This document shows positions 39,633-49,827 of a DNA stretch of 64,000 nucleotides, piece after piece; the first letter of the stretch is position 1, and every line of letters starts with the position of its first letter. The notes below the pieces were generated by a model. That model had not been told where the DNA came from and made no database searches. It saw only the letters and a list, made by a program, of their open reading frames with translations. A program made the translations under genes and the position numbers. The stretch is from an uncultured Lachnospiraceae bacterium. GTDB lineage: Bacteria > Bacillota > Clostridia > Lachnospirales > Lachnospiraceae. The stretch covers positions 23,957 through 87,956 of the forward strand of contig CAJUTC010000005.1 in assembly GCA_910589195.1 (NCBI GenBank). Direction: 5' to 3'.

Positions 39633-39728
39633 GAGGGTGTTGCAAAATGACCAATCCGCCATACGATAAGGTTAACATCCATTGATTTCTCCTATCGATT
39701 GTAGAATTATGGTATTTTGCCACCCTTC
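39633..39728. repeat. Degenerate long palindrome related to 1755-1866
   Basis: GAGGGTGTTGCAAAAT ... ATTTTGCCACCCTTC termini with partly complementary interior. Confidence 0.55.
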
Positions 39729-39784
39729 ACCGCCTTTTACGGGGCAATAAATAGCGCGCTTGCTATCGCCATAAGGTAATACGC

Positions 39785-39822
39785 TCTTCCATAAGAGCTT
39801 TGAAGCACTTTCTTATGGAAGA
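39785..39822 (-). terminator. Stem-loop after DUF6465-like gene
   Basis: TCTTCCATAAGA / TCTTATGGAAGA 12-bp inverted repeat. Confidence 0.6.
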
Positions 39823-39860
39823 ACCAATGGTACTGCTGTTTTTCCTGCTCTTTGGTTAGA

Positions 39861-40223
39861 TTATAACAGGATTTTATCATCTGGATATTCGGTGCCGTTT
39901 ACTACTATGTAGGCACAGTTATCATCTGCCTTTACATAGATCTGCATATCCTGGATCTGAATGTCGGTATGGTTTGCCTGGAATGTTTCCAATGCCTTTG
40001 CCGCCAGATCATTTGCCGCCACCTTTTTATCAGCGTACTCAAAAACTACTGTTGCCGCCGGAATCACGGCTTCTGTGGTTTCTTTCTTGGCTGCCGCCTT
40101 TTTCGCAACCGTTTTTTTCGGAGCTGCCTCAGCGGTAACAGAAGCTGCTGCCGGAGCGGTTTCTACAGCTTTGGAAGCTGCCTTTGTTATTGGTTTTTTG
40201 GTTCCTGCTTTTGATGTTGCCAT
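39861..40223 (-). CDS. Ala/Lys-rich small protein (DUF6465-like)
   Basis: AKKAAAKK-type N-terminus, C-terminal IYVK.DDN.AYIVVNG; AAGGAGG SD. Confidence 0.75.
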   Translation of the reverse strand: MATSKAGTKKPITKAASKAVETAPAAASVTAEAAPKKTVAKKAAAKKETTEAVIPAATVVFEYADKKVAANDLAAKALETFQANHTDIQIQDMQIYVKADDNCAYIVVNGTEYPDDKILL

Positions 40224-40346
40224 AATACAAATCCTCCTTGATGGCTAAGCCTTATGGCAGAGCCATCTTTCTTTTTTCTTCTTTGTCTTCAGTTGCTTCG
40301 TTCTTATGCATTCTTTATTTTATGCCTGAAATTTCTTGTCGTGGGT

Positions 40347-40375
40347 ATTATAGTCTTCTATTTCCAGTTTGTCAA
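40347..40375 (-). promoter_or_regulatory. Consensus sigma-A promoter
   Basis: Exact TTGACA-17-TATAAT on the minus strand. Confidence 0.85.
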
Positions 40376-40466
40376 CAAGGCATTGTGATACTGTTAACTT
40401 TTAACAATAACTGGCTGCCAGGCTCTTTTGTTTCCCGTCAGATTTTCGGTAAATTTTCCCTTGTAT

Positions 40467-42266
40467 TTACATATTTTTATTTTTCTCAATGGCTTCAAAT
40501 TCATCCAGCAGCTCAGAAAATACCTTCATCCCATCTTCTATGGGCTTGGGGGTGGACATGTCTACACCTGCCAATTTTAAAAGCTCAATCGGCGGCATGG
40601 AACAGCCGCTGCTTAAAAACCGGCGGTAGCCTTCTAAGGCTCCCGGCTCTTTCTTTAAAATACCCTTTGATATGGCAATAGCGGCAGAAAAACCGGTAGC
40701 GTACTGATATACATAAAATGGCGTATAGAAATGGGGGATGCGCTCCCACTCATAATCAATTCCTTCGTCCACCGTCATCTCCGGCCCAAAATAATCGATA
40801 TTTAGCTGCCGGTAAACGCGGCACAGCTCCTGGGCAGTCAGCGACTCCCCACTCTCTGCCTTTTTGTGGACAATGGCTTCAAATTCCGCAAACATAGCCT
40901 GGCGGAACAAGGTGCCCCGAAAGCTTTCCAAAAAGTGATTGATTAAATACTGCTTCTCTCTGGAATCGCTGGCGTGATCCATCAGATAGCGGATTAAAAG
41001 AGCTTCATTACAGGTGGATGCCACTTCCGCTACAAAGATTTTATATCCTGCATACGTATATGGCTGATTCTGATCCGAATAGTAGGAATGGATGGCATGC
41101 CCCATCTCATGAGCCAGGGTAAATACATGATTTAATGTGGAATTAAAATTTAACAGTACGTATGGATGGGTTCCATACGCGCCCCAGGAATAGGCGCCGC
41201 TGCGTTTTGCTTCATTTTCATAAACATCAATCCACCGGTTGTCAAACCCCTCCTGAAGAATCGACAAATACTCCTCTCCCAAAGGAGCCAGGCCTTTTTT
41301 TACGATCTCCTTAGCTTCCTCAAACGAATAGGTGAGATCGATCCCTTCTACCATAGGCGCATACAAATCATACATATGAAGCTCCGGCAATTTTAATGCC
41401 TGTTTCCGGATTTTTACATAACGATGAAGAAGGGGCAGGTGTGCTCTTACCACTGCCAGAAGATTATCATATACCAGTTCCGGAACTTCATTTTCCGCCA
41501 GGGAATGGGCACGGCTGGAAGAATATTTTTTTGCCTTCGCATAATACACTGCCTGTTTTACATGGGCACTGTAAGTGGCGGCAATAGTATTCTGAAACTG
41601 CTTATAAACGCCGTAAAGACCCCAAAAAGCATCCTCCCTTACCTTCCGATCCCTGCTTTCCATCAAGGCAATAAAATTTCCGTGGGTAATTGTAACCGTA
41701 TCACCTTTTCCATTCCAGATCGCCGGAAACTTAACATCCGCATTGTTAAACATATTAAAAATTTGGGCCGCCCCTTGAGTGGCCTCATAAGATTGGGCCA
41801 AAAGCTCCTCTAACGGCCCGCTTAACGTATGAGGCTTTTTTTCTATGATCTGTTCCATCACCCGTTTAAAATGGGCAATCCCATTATCAGAATTCATAAA
41901 CATTAAAAGCTTATCCTGTGGAAGCTCTAACAGTTCTGGTATGATATAGGAAGACAGCTCTGAGGCATGATACGACAGGGACTGTGCCCTTCCAAACATA
42001 TCCTGGTACTTTTGATAAGCCGTATCCTGATCCGACCGCATCCTGGCATACACATACAGCAGTTCTGTTTTTCTTGTGCTTTCCTCATCAAATTTCAGGC
42101 ACTGGTAAACCGCGTCTGCCGATTCCCCCAAATGCCCCTTAAAAGCCTGATATCCCTCTAATGCTTCCTTGGTTTTAGCATAAAGGCTTTCCCAGGCCTC
42201 ATCGCTTTCTATCATGTCTTCTAGTTTCCATGTAGCCTCTTGGGGTATTTCACTTCGTTTTTTCAA
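40467..42266 (-). CDS. pepF: Oligoendopeptidase F
   Basis: KRSGAYS, HPYVLLN, LAHEMGHAIH, AEVASTCNE, RIPHFY..FYVYQYATG. TTG start at 42266 inferred from the SD. Confidence 0.93.
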   Translation of the reverse strand: MKKRSEIPQEATWKLEDMIESDEAWESLYAKTKEALEGYQAFKGHLGESADAVYQCLKFDEESTRKTELLYVYARMRSDQDTAYQKYQDMFGRAQSLSYHASELSSYIIPELLELPQDKLLMFMNSDNGIAHFKRVMEQIIEKKPHTLSGPLEELLAQSYEATQGAAQIFNMFNNADVKFPAIWNGKGDTVTITHGNFIALMESRDRKVREDAFWGLYGVYKQFQNTIAATYSAHVKQAVYYAKAKKYSSSRAHSLAENEVPELVYDNLLAVVRAHLPLLHRYVKIRKQALKLPELHMYDLYAPMVEGIDLTYSFEEAKEIVKKGLAPLGEEYLSILQEGFDNRWIDVYENEAKRSGAYSWGAYGTHPYVLLNFNSTLNHVFTLAHEMGHAIHSYYSDQNQPYTYAGYKIFVAEVASTCNEALLIRYLMDHASDSREKQYLINHFLESFRGTLFRQAMFAEFEAIVHKKAESGESLTAQELCRVYRQLNIDYFGPEMTVDEGIDYEWERIPHFYTPFYVYQYATGFSAAIAISKGILKKEPGALEGYRRFLSSGCSMPPIELLKLAGVDMSTPKPIEDGMKVFSELLDEFEAIEKNKNM

Positions 42267-42310
42267 ACTTTTTCTTTCCTCTCTTTCTTTCAAATTTTTA
42301 AAAGGCAAGA

Positions 42311-43012
42311 TTAAATCCAGCCTGCCACCATCGGCACCACTGCCACGGTCATGATTCCGGCTACCGCGATGGATAAGCTGCTCATAGCGCCTTCTACTTC
42401 TCCCAGTTCAAGAGCCTTTGCTGTTCCCAATGCGTGAGCGCTGGTGCCGATTGCCAGGCCTTTGGCTACTGGATGGGTAATCCCTGCCAGCTTGCACAAG
42501 CCCTGGGCACACATATTGCCTGTAATCCCGGTAATGATGATGGACATAACAGTTAAGGTTACAATCCCTCCCGCTTCTTCACTGACTCCCATTCCGATTG
42601 CTGTGGTAATCGATTTGGGAAGCAGCGTTACATAATGCTCATGCCCCATCTTAAAAATCTGGCAAAGGAAAAAAATGCAAAGAGCGCTGGTAATCACTCC
42701 ACAAGTAATCCCTACCGCTACCGCTACAAAATGTTTTCTCAGCAAATGAAGCTGTTTGTATAGGGGGATTGCCAGGCATACGGTAGCAGGAGTCAAAAGG
42801 CCGCTTACAAACTGTCCGCCCCTCTGATAGGAATCGTAATCCACGCCGGTAAGGAAAAGAATCCCGATTACAATCAACATGGCAATCATTAACGGATTAA
42901 AAATGGCCAACTTCAGCTTCTTCTTTAGGAACAGACCAATCAGGTATGCTCCTATTGTAATAAAAAATCCAAAATATATGCTGTTTTCTAAAATTTCTTT
43001 CATCATTTGCAT
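42311..43012 (-). CDS. lrgB: LrgB family membrane protein
   Basis: LTPATVCLAIPLY, LPKSITTAIG, GTSAHALGTAKA. Confidence 0.9.
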   Translation of the reverse strand: MQMMKEILENSIYFGFFITIGAYLIGLFLKKKLKLAIFNPLMIAMLIVIGILFLTGVDYDSYQRGGQFVSGLLTPATVCLAIPLYKQLHLLRKHFVAVAVGITCGVITSALCIFFLCQIFKMGHEHYVTLLPKSITTAIGMGVSEEAGGIVTLTVMSIIITGITGNMCAQGLCKLAGITHPVAKGLAIGTSAHALGTAKALELGEVEGAMSSLSIAVAGIMTVAVVPMVAGWI

Positions 43013-43377
43013 TGTGATACCTTACTCCTTTTTTCTGTCTGCCCCATTACAAACTGGGCTACCCTCCCTGTAACAAGAAACACGATCACGGTAGAAATCA
43101 CATTAATCAACAGGTAGATCCCACCTACTGCTTTGATTTCATCCAGATACCGGATCAAGCCTGCCCCTGCCGGGATAAACATAGGCGACATATTATCCAA
43201 TAAAAAATTTCCGGTTCCTTCCACATCCGCCAGCTTTACCATCCCTGTGCACAACAGGGCAAGCATAAGAAACAGACCGTATACGCCTGCCGGAATCGGC
43301 AGGGGAAGTAATTGGTTTAACAAATCTCCGATCCAGGTGACTCCTAAAATCAGCGAAATTTCCTTTACCTTTTTCAT
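43003..43377 (-). CDS. CidA/LrgA family membrane protein
   Basis: PIPAGVYGL, MFIPAGAG; overlaps lrgB. Confidence 0.88.
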   Translation of the reverse strand: MKKVKEISLILGVTWIGDLLNQLLPLPIPAGVYGLFLMLALLCTGMVKLADVEGTGNFLLDNMSPMFIPAGAGLIRYLDEIKAVGGIYLLINVISTVIVFLVTGRVAQFVMGQTEKRSKVSQCK

Positions 43378-43551
43378 TTCATCCTTCCTTTCCCTGGTTT
43401 TTTCGCAAAAACCAGACCCTGACTAGAGCCTATTCTAGCACTGATCCCATTTTCCGGCAAGGCAGAATTTTGATAGCTGCAAAGAATGGTTGATTCTTTT
43501 CTCTTTTTCCCCTATACTACCAATAAGAACAAGCATGGAAAAGGAGCACTT

Positions 43552-44418
43552 ATGAAGATACAATTTTTTACTCCCGAAACGCTTACCCACCGGCAACGCA
43601 GCGATATGAAGCAGCTTGCCCAAGCCTGCCGCCAGGCAGAGCCAATTACCCTTTCCATTCCAGAAGACGGGGATGGATTTTTTTTCGCTTATGGAAATGA
43701 TCCTGACAGCCATTTGTCAATCAAAGGCTGCTTGGTTTTTTGTATTGTCCAGGAAGATCTGTGGGAATGTTACGCTTTCACCCATCCTGACAGCCGCAGG
43801 CAAGGTATCTTTACCTGCCTTCTTGAAGAATTATGCCAACAGGCCGCCAAACAGGAAGAAGCATCTAAAGTCCCCATTTCCCTGGTCTTCCTTCTGGATG
43901 GGAAAAGTCCCCATGCTCTTGCTGCCGCAAACTCCCTTGAAATGGAATTCTGGTATTCCGAATATCAGATGGAGCTGTCCCTTTTGCCAATACACCAGGA
44001 TCCGCCAGCCTCTTCTCCTCTGTTCCTGATAAAACGTGTCACAAACCAAGATTCTCAAACCATCGGGGAGCCTGTAGAAAGCTGGACTTTTTATGCCTAC
44101 ATTACAGCCTCTGGCGGCATCCTAAAAAGGCGCCTGAATGAAACAGGAATGCCATATACGGATTCGGAGCCCATCGGCTCCTGCCGCCTGATACCCTTCC
44201 AAAACTCCGCTTTTTATCTGTATGACGTAGAAATCAAAAAAGAATTACGGGGCAACGGATTGGGAGAGCAGCTTTTATCTGCCCTTTTTTCACAGCTCCC
44301 AAAGGGATCCCGGATCCGGCTCCAGGTATCCTCACAGAACCAAGCCGCCTTCAGCCTATATAAAAAGGCAGGGTTTGGTATTACCGAAACCCTGTCTTAT
44401 TATGAGTATCTTCCCTAA
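43552..44418 (+). CDS. GNAT-family acetyltransferase (two GNAT halves)
   Basis: THPDSRRQGIF and ELRGNGLG acetyl-CoA motifs, N..A..LYKKAGF; AAGGAG SD before ATG 43552. Confidence 0.85.
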   Translation: MKIQFFTPETLTHRQRSDMKQLAQACRQAEPITLSIPEDGDGFFFAYGNDPDSHLSIKGCLVFCIVQEDLWECYAFTHPDSRRQGIFTCLLEELCQQAAKQEEASKVPISLVFLLDGKSPHALAAANSLEMEFWYSEYQMELSLLPIHQDPPASSPLFLIKRVTNQDSQTIGEPVESWTFYAYITASGGILKRRLNETGMPYTDSEPIGSCRLIPFQNSAFYLYDVEIKKELRGNGLGEQLLSALFSQLPKGSRIRLQVSSQNQAAFSLYKKAGFGITETLSYYEYLP

Positions 44419-44486
44419 TTACAGGAAAAAACATAGCTTTTGTCCTTCACTATAATGGGAATTTTCCAGTTGTTTACTTGTCCGTC

Positions 44487-45200
44487 CTATCCCCGGATTG
44501 CCACTTCCTGAGCTTCAATACGCTTGCGGATTTCCAGCATCTTTTCGTCGGTCTGGGAAATCACATCCGCGCATTTTTTCAATTCCGCACTGATATCGGA
44601 ACCGTCTATCAGTTCCTTTTTGTACTTTAACTGATGATCCAAACTGGCCCAGAAGTCCATGGCAATGGTGCGGATCTGAACTTCCACCCGCATAAATTTT
44701 TTCTGGTCAGAAAAAAATACCGGTACTTCAATAATCATATGATAACTGCGGTATCCGTTTACCTTTGGATTTTTAATATAATCTTTAATGGCTATTACTT
44801 TTACGTCATCTTGTCGGATCAGCATATCTGCCACCTCATAGATATCATCTACAAAGGAACAGATAACACGGATCCCAGCCACATCATCCAGGTTATTTAC
44901 CACCGATTCCAGGGAAACGGGAAGTTTTCTGTGCTTTAACTTTTCAATAATACTGGCCGGCCTTTTTACCCTGGATTTGATCATCTCAATGGGGTTTCTC
45001 TGGTTCCGCACTGACAGCTCGTCATTTAGTACCTCCAGTTTGGTCTTTACTTCCCGGATCGCACAGGCATACATCATCATAATCTGCTGAAATTGCCTTC
45101 CCACATGTATCAGGCCTTCCGGAACCTCCACCGTATCCGGGACACGGACGATAGACTGCCGCAGTTCATTGTTTGGATTAAGATTCATATTCATACGCAA
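44487..45200 (-). CDS. Small alarmone (p)ppGpp synthetase
   Basis: KSRVK, DVAGIRV, KDYI..PK.NGYRSYH, EVQIRT.AMDFWASLDH; synthetase-only domain. Confidence 0.92.
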   Translation of the reverse strand: MRMNMNLNPNNELRQSIVRVPDTVEVPEGLIHVGRQFQQIMMMYACAIREVKTKLEVLNDELSVRNQRNPIEMIKSRVKRPASIIEKLKHRKLPVSLESVVNNLDDVAGIRVICSFVDDIYEVADMLIRQDDVKVIAIKDYIKNPKVNGYRSYHMIIEVPVFFSDQKKFMRVEVQIRTIAMDFWASLDHQLKYKKELIDGSDISAELKKCADVISQTDEKMLEIRKRIEAQEVAIRG

Positions 45201-45206
45201 ATCCTT

Positions 45207-46046
45207 TTAAATTTCTTCGATTGCCTTTACGGCATCCTGTAGCCAGTCTTCCTGCAAATATTCGATCTTTCCCCCATCTACCAGTTCCGCCACCTTCGGA
45301 TCAATTGGCAGCTTTGCCAGAACCGGAATCCCCTGCTCGTTTGCCGCCTGATCGATGTGGCTTTCCCCGAATATGGAAATCTTTTTTTTGCAGTCTGGGC
45401 ATATCAAGTAACTCATATTTTCCACAACGCCTAAAATGGGGATATCCATCTTCTTTGCCATATTGACAGCCTTCGCCACAATCATGGAAACCAGCTCCTG
45501 GGGCGAAGCCACAATAATAATCCCATCCACCGGAAGGGACTGGAATACAGTTAAGGGCACATCGCCTGTTCCCGGGGGCATATCTACAAACATATAATCA
45601 ATATCTTTCCATAAGGTTTCTGCCCAAAACTGCTTTACCGCCCCGGCAATTACCGGCCCCCGCCAGATTACCGGATCCGTGGAATGATCCAGCAAAAGAT
45701 TCGCTGACATAACCTGGATTCCATTCATCGTCCGAACTGGCATCATCAATGCCCCGTCGGAAGTCATTCTTACCATCTCTTCATCTAAGCCAAATGCCTT
45801 GGGAATGGAGGGGCCGGTAATATCCGCATCCAGGATTGCCGTGCGCTTTTGCTTGCGGTTCATAGCAACTGCCAGCATAGCGGTCACCAGAGATTTCCCC
45901 ACGCCTCCTTTTCCGCTTACGATTCCAATTACCTTCTTCACCGAACTGGCCGGATGAAGCGGCTCTAAAAAGCTTGTCTGTTCCTGGGTTCTGCTGCTGC
46001 AGTTTTCTCCACAGGAACTACAGTCATGGGTACAGTTTTCACTCAT
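45207..46046 (-). CDS. Mrp/NBP35 Fe-S carrier ATPase
   Basis: N-terminal CTHDCSSC..C, SGKGGVGKS, DADITGPSIP, DMPPGTGD, VENMS..CPDC. Confidence 0.92.
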   Translation of the reverse strand: MSENCTHDCSSCGENCSSRTQEQTSFLEPLHPASSVKKVIGIVSGKGGVGKSLVTAMLAVAMNRKQKRTAILDADITGPSIPKAFGLDEEMVRMTSDGALMMPVRTMNGIQVMSANLLLDHSTDPVIWRGPVIAGAVKQFWAETLWKDIDYMFVDMPPGTGDVPLTVFQSLPVDGIIIVASPQELVSMIVAKAVNMAKKMDIPILGVVENMSYLICPDCKKKISIFGESHIDQAANEQGIPVLAKLPIDPKVAELVDGGKIEYLQEDWLQDAVKAIEEI

Positions 46047-46198
46047 AATGCTCTCCTTTCTGTTCCCTTTATCATAAAAAGGTACTTATGTTCTCAATTA
46101 TAAATCCCACTAGCGTAAAAGTCCATACTTTTGCTGAACGGAATCATTTCTGGCATGGTCCGCAAACCGGAAATCAGAGATCGATTTCAGGACATGCC

Positions 46199-46759
46199 CT
46201 ACCAGCTACTCTTTTTTAATACCTTAAAGGCCCCTATCCGCTCCATATACCGACCGATACTAAACAGCAGCACTGAATCAATGGGCCACATAATCAAATT
46301 TTTTAAAACCCGGGCAGGAAGAAGCACCATAAACGCTTTGCCATATAGCATTGATATCCACAAGGTATTAAAAAATACATTGCAAATCAGTACCACAATA
46401 AACTTGGCAGCCAAAACCCGGCGCAGGGTAAAGGGTTTCTGATAAAACATACAGCCGTACAATACCCCTGCCAGGATTGCGTCAAATGTAAATCCCGGAA
46501 AAAACTGGCCAGATGGTTTTATGATATACTTTAATAAATCCAGCATACCGCCAAAGCAGCCGCCTATGACAGGGCCGAACAGATAATCTACCAGCCTGTT
46601 GGGAATCCCGGAAAAGCCAATTTTAATGTAAGGCCCGATTTCAATGGTATAGTATCCTAAAACGATAGCGATGGCAGCCAACATGCCACAGACCGTTATG
46701 GTCTGCATCTGTTTTGCTTCCTGGCATGACTGGGTAAATAAAGCTGTTAATTTCTTCAT
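46199..46759 (-). CDS. folT: Folate ECF transporter S component
   Basis: Hydrophobic, YLFGP..G, FFPGFT, NTLWI..LYG, R..KN; AAGGAGG SD before ATG 46759; upstream THF riboswitch. Confidence 0.88.
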   Translation of the reverse strand: MKKLTALFTQSCQEAKQMQTITVCGMLAAIAIVLGYYTIEIGPYIKIGFSGIPNRLVDYLFGPVIGGCFGGMLDLLKYIIKPSGQFFPGFTFDAILAGVLYGCMFYQKPFTLRRVLAAKFIVVLICNVFFNTLWISMLYGKAFMVLLPARVLKNLIMWPIDSVLLFSIGRYMERIGAFKVLKKSSW

Positions 46760-46951
46760 AAAAATACCTCCTTTGCAGAATTTATGTATTTGTAACGTTT
46801 CCTTATGTCTGTTTCGATAAGATGCAAGAGAGATTCCAAACGTACATAACTTAAGCGCCCCCAGAAACTCCAACACAAAAATGACTTAGGGAGTTTCCGG
46901 GAGCGCCCCACATACTACTACAACGGAGCTTAAACGGTTACGCTCTCAGAT

Positions 46952-47070
46952 TGCAGCGGGATGCGGCCTGTGTACCGCAAGAACCTTCCCGTACTCAACC
47001 GGAATTTCTTTTCGTCCCGCTGGCAACTCCCTGTCCAGCCGGCACTTAACGCACACAAACCTACTCTGCA
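46952..47070 (-). promoter_or_regulatory. THF riboswitch
   Basis: Minus strand GCAGAGTAG..GCGTTAAGTG..GGGAGTTG..ACGAAA..GCGGT..GCATCCCGCTGC matches the THF aptamer consensus; upstream of folT. Confidence 0.92.
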
Positions 47071-47110
47071 TAATTCTATTATTTTTACTGATAATGGCGC
47101 TGGAATTCTA

Positions 47111-47139
47111 GTACTGACCAGATAATAGCTGGTCAGTAC
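47111..47139. terminator. Hairpin directly after MBL hydrolase stop codon
   Basis: GTACTGACCAG / CTGGTCAGTAC perfect 11-bp stem; no U tract. Confidence 0.5.
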
Positions 47140-47140
47140 G

Positions 47141-48175
47141 CTAGCCAGCCTCCCAATAAAGAACCCCGTTTTTTTCCTCCCTGGTTACAAAGTCTTCATC
47201 CAGAAGATATTCCAGGCAGGAAAAGGTTTTACTGGTAATCATTTTTAGGAACACAAATTGCTCCTGATTTTTTGGAAGTTCCTGAACCCCATAGGCTAAC
47301 ATGGCAATCTGCACTACCGTCATAGGCCGCCTTCCGTGCCGTACTAATTGTTTAATAATATGGATTTTTTCCAGATACGCAAACACAATATGATCAATGG
47401 TTTTCTCCATATCTTCTCCTTCCAGCATGGTATTGTGGGAAGGGAACAGCCGATAGCTTCTTAACTGTTCCTTCACATACTGTAAGGAGTCAAAATATCC
47501 TTTCAGCAAATGCTCATCTTTATAACTGGTAGCTACGATTGGAACAATTTTTTTAATGATCTGATCACCGCTGAAAAAAAGCTTTGCCTGGTGATCCGCA
47601 AGCCCCATTTGCCCAAGGGTATGCCCTTTTAATGGGATGGCTTCCAGCTTATAATCGCCATAGCAGAACTGGTCATTGGGAGATACCGGAATATAGTGGA
47701 ACTGGGATATATTAAACTCTTTTAACGTATCCTCCTCCACTGCCTCTGTAAACATGTCCCACAGCTTAGAGGTGCGCTCCTTTGTAATTCCCACATACCC
47801 TAAGACCCTGGCCTGATCTTCGTAGCTTTGGGAATTATAATGAAGACAGTCGTAATGATGGCGTTCCTCTTTGGGGCTCATAAAAATCCTGGTTCCCAGC
47901 CGTTCTACCATATAAGCCAGACCGCAGTGATCATGATGCTTGTGGGTAAGAAACAAATCAAGATGGTCAAAGGAAATCCCAAGGGTATTCATCGCCCGCT
48001 CCAGGTTCATCATACAGTCTTCATCATGAAACCCCACATCGATCATCAGGCTCCGGTTTCGTTCCCGATCCTTTCCTGGAATAATAAAGATATTTATTTT
48101 ATTAATGCTTTTAAATTTGCTGCAAAGTTCCAGGCGATAAATCCCCGGAAGAATCTCTGCAAGGTTTTCTCCCAT
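47141..48175 (-). CDS. Metallo-beta-lactamase fold hydrolase
   Basis: THKHHDHCG, GHT, SGD, PSH motifs; C-terminal winged-helix-like tail. Confidence 0.85.
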   Translation of the reverse strand: MGENLAEILPGIYRLELCSKFKSINKINIFIIPGKDRERNRSLMIDVGFHDEDCMMNLERAMNTLGISFDHLDLFLTHKHHDHCGLAYMVERLGTRIFMSPKEERHHYDCLHYNSQSYEDQARVLGYVGITKERTSKLWDMFTEAVEEDTLKEFNISQFHYIPVSPNDQFCYGDYKLEAIPLKGHTLGQMGLADHQAKLFFSGDQIIKKIVPIVATSYKDEHLLKGYFDSLQYVKEQLRSYRLFPSHNTMLEGEDMEKTIDHIVFAYLEKIHIIKQLVRHGRRPMTVVQIAMLAYGVQELPKNQEQFVFLKMITSKTFSCLEYLLDEDFVTREEKNGVLYWEAG

Positions 48176-48274
48176 ACTCCTACCTGCTTTCTGTCAATCC
48201 GTACTGCCAAAAACAATACGTTTTCTGTCCCGCGGCTAATTCACGCGCGTGCGTGGCGGATTCCCCTTTCCTGT

Positions 48275-48802
48275 CTATGTCGTTTTTTGGCTGCTCTTCT
48301 GATTCAGCTTCTTAATTAAAAAGTGGACTGCTACGGCGATCCCTGTTCCCAACAATGCGCCGGCTAATACATCGGTAGGAAAATGAACGAATAAGTAAAG
48401 CCTGGAAAATCCGATAAAACTGGCTAAAGCCAAGAACGCCACCCCCCATTTCCGGTTATAAAAAAGAATACTGACAGCGGCTTCAAAGCTTGCCAGCGTA
48501 TGGCCGGATGGGAAGGAAAAATCGGTTGGACTTGAAACCAGTAAAATCACTCCGGTATCAATCCAGCAAGGACGCTGCCGATGGAAAACGGGCTTTAACA
48601 CGCAATTTCCAATTACCGCTCCAACAGCCAGTGAAATCAGGATTGCAAACCCTAAATCTCTGGTTTTTTGACAGCAAGCCAGCACAGTTCCTGTTAAAAT
48701 CCAAAACCATCCTGCTTCCCCTAAGAAAGTGACTGCCACCATTACCGGATCTAACCATGGGCGATGAAGGCTTAAAAGCCAGTAAAGAAATGTAAATTCC
48801 AT
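48275..48802 (-). CDS. PAP2-family membrane phosphatase
   Basis: K..F.R.RP, SFPSGH, SRLYLFVHFPTDV. Confidence 0.9.
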   Translation of the reverse strand: MEFTFLYWLLSLHRPWLDPVMVAVTFLGEAGWFWILTGTVLACCQKTRDLGFAILISLAVGAVIGNCVLKPVFHRQRPCWIDTGVILLVSSPTDFSFPSGHTLASFEAAVSILFYNRKWGVAFLALASFIGFSRLYLFVHFPTDVLAGALLGTGIAVAVHFLIKKLNQKSSQKTT

Positions 48803-48817
48803 TCAGCCCCCCATATT

Positions 48818-49804
48818 TTATAAATCTGTTCCGAATACAATCCCCGCATCCTTTCTGGCGGTAACCAAAAGTTCTGTAACCAAAAGCGTTTGGCCCAGGG
48901 AATCATAGCAGGCCTGATAATCCTTCCTGGCAAGCTGCCGGGAAAATTCCTCCATTTCCTGAGCTAGTGTCCCCTGCTTTGTTTCCTGGCTAAGGATCTG
49001 CGTCACCCCGTTCTGTATGAATTCCGCATACTGGCTGGAACTTACCGGCCCTTCTAAGCGAAGGCACCCCTCATCGCCCTGAACCATGCCAAAGCAGGGG
49101 CTGTCGGAATCCTTAGCGCCACAGCATACTGCCTGGAACCCATCATATCCCATGGTAACGATACCAGAAGTATCAATCCCATTATATCCCAGGTTGGCCG
49201 CATATTTCACCCATTTGGGTTTTCCAAACAATGCTGCCACAAAATGCAGGTTGTACATGTTGATGTCATAAAGGCACCCTCCGGAAAGCATCGGATCAAA
49301 AACCGGAGGGACTTTTCCCTGGCGGTACTGGCTATACCGGATGGAACGCTTAGAATAATTGCATTGTACCAGCCGTATCCTTCCTACCCGCCCCAGATTT
49401 CGTTTGACTGCCTGGAAATTTCTCGAATAATGAAGCTTGCATGCTTCCCACAAAAACAGCTTTTTCTTTTTCGCATTCCGGATCAGTTCCTCTGCTTCTT
49501 CATATTCCGTTGTAAAAGGCTTTTCACAAATCACATGCTTTTCGGCATTTAAAGCCTTTTTGGCATATTCATAATGGAGGCTGCTGATAATCCCGATGTA
49601 AACGGTATCTATCTCAGTCCTGGTTAAAAAAACCGAATAATCTGTGTAAATTTCACGGATATGGTACTGATCCGCCAGTTCCCGCCCTGCATCCAGACTT
49701 CCCCTGCGGACACATATTGCCAATACTTTTACATCCGGAATATCTTTGATATCTTCCAGAAGGCTTTTTACAATCATGCCATTTCCAACTATGCCCAGCT
49801 TCAT
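48818..49804 (-). CDS. Gfo/Idh/MocA oxidoreductase
   Basis: GIVGNG, HVICEKP, GGCLYDINMY. Confidence 0.9.
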   Translation of the reverse strand: MKLGIVGNGMIVKSLLEDIKDIPDVKVLAICVRRGSLDAGRELADQYHIREIYTDYSVFLTRTEIDTVYIGIISSLHYEYAKKALNAEKHVICEKPFTTEYEEAEELIRNAKKKKLFLWEACKLHYSRNFQAVKRNLGRVGRIRLVQCNYSKRSIRYSQYRQGKVPPVFDPMLSGGCLYDINMYNLHFVAALFGKPKWVKYAANLGYNGIDTSGIVTMGYDGFQAVCCGAKDSDSPCFGMVQGDEGCLRLEGPVSSSQYAEFIQNGVTQILSQETKQGTLAQEMEEFSRQLARKDYQACYDSLGQTLLVTELLVTARKDAGIVFGTDL

Positions 49805-49827
49805 ATTTTTTGTTGTCCTTTCTGTAT

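Noticed and set aside
40392..40407. Rex operator
   Set aside because: TGTTAA-CTT-TTAACAA has a 3-nt spacer; Rex needs 4.
44487..45200. Toxic SAS toxin-antitoxin module
   Set aside because: Housekeeping-like synthetase next to Mrp; no antitoxin-like partner or mobile context.
46760..46876. N-terminal extension of FolT in the ORF track (similar extensions at pfk 8828, helicase 13020, HPr 17812/28851, GNAT 43486)
   Set aside because: Downstream ATGs have strong SD sequences and match the family N-termini.
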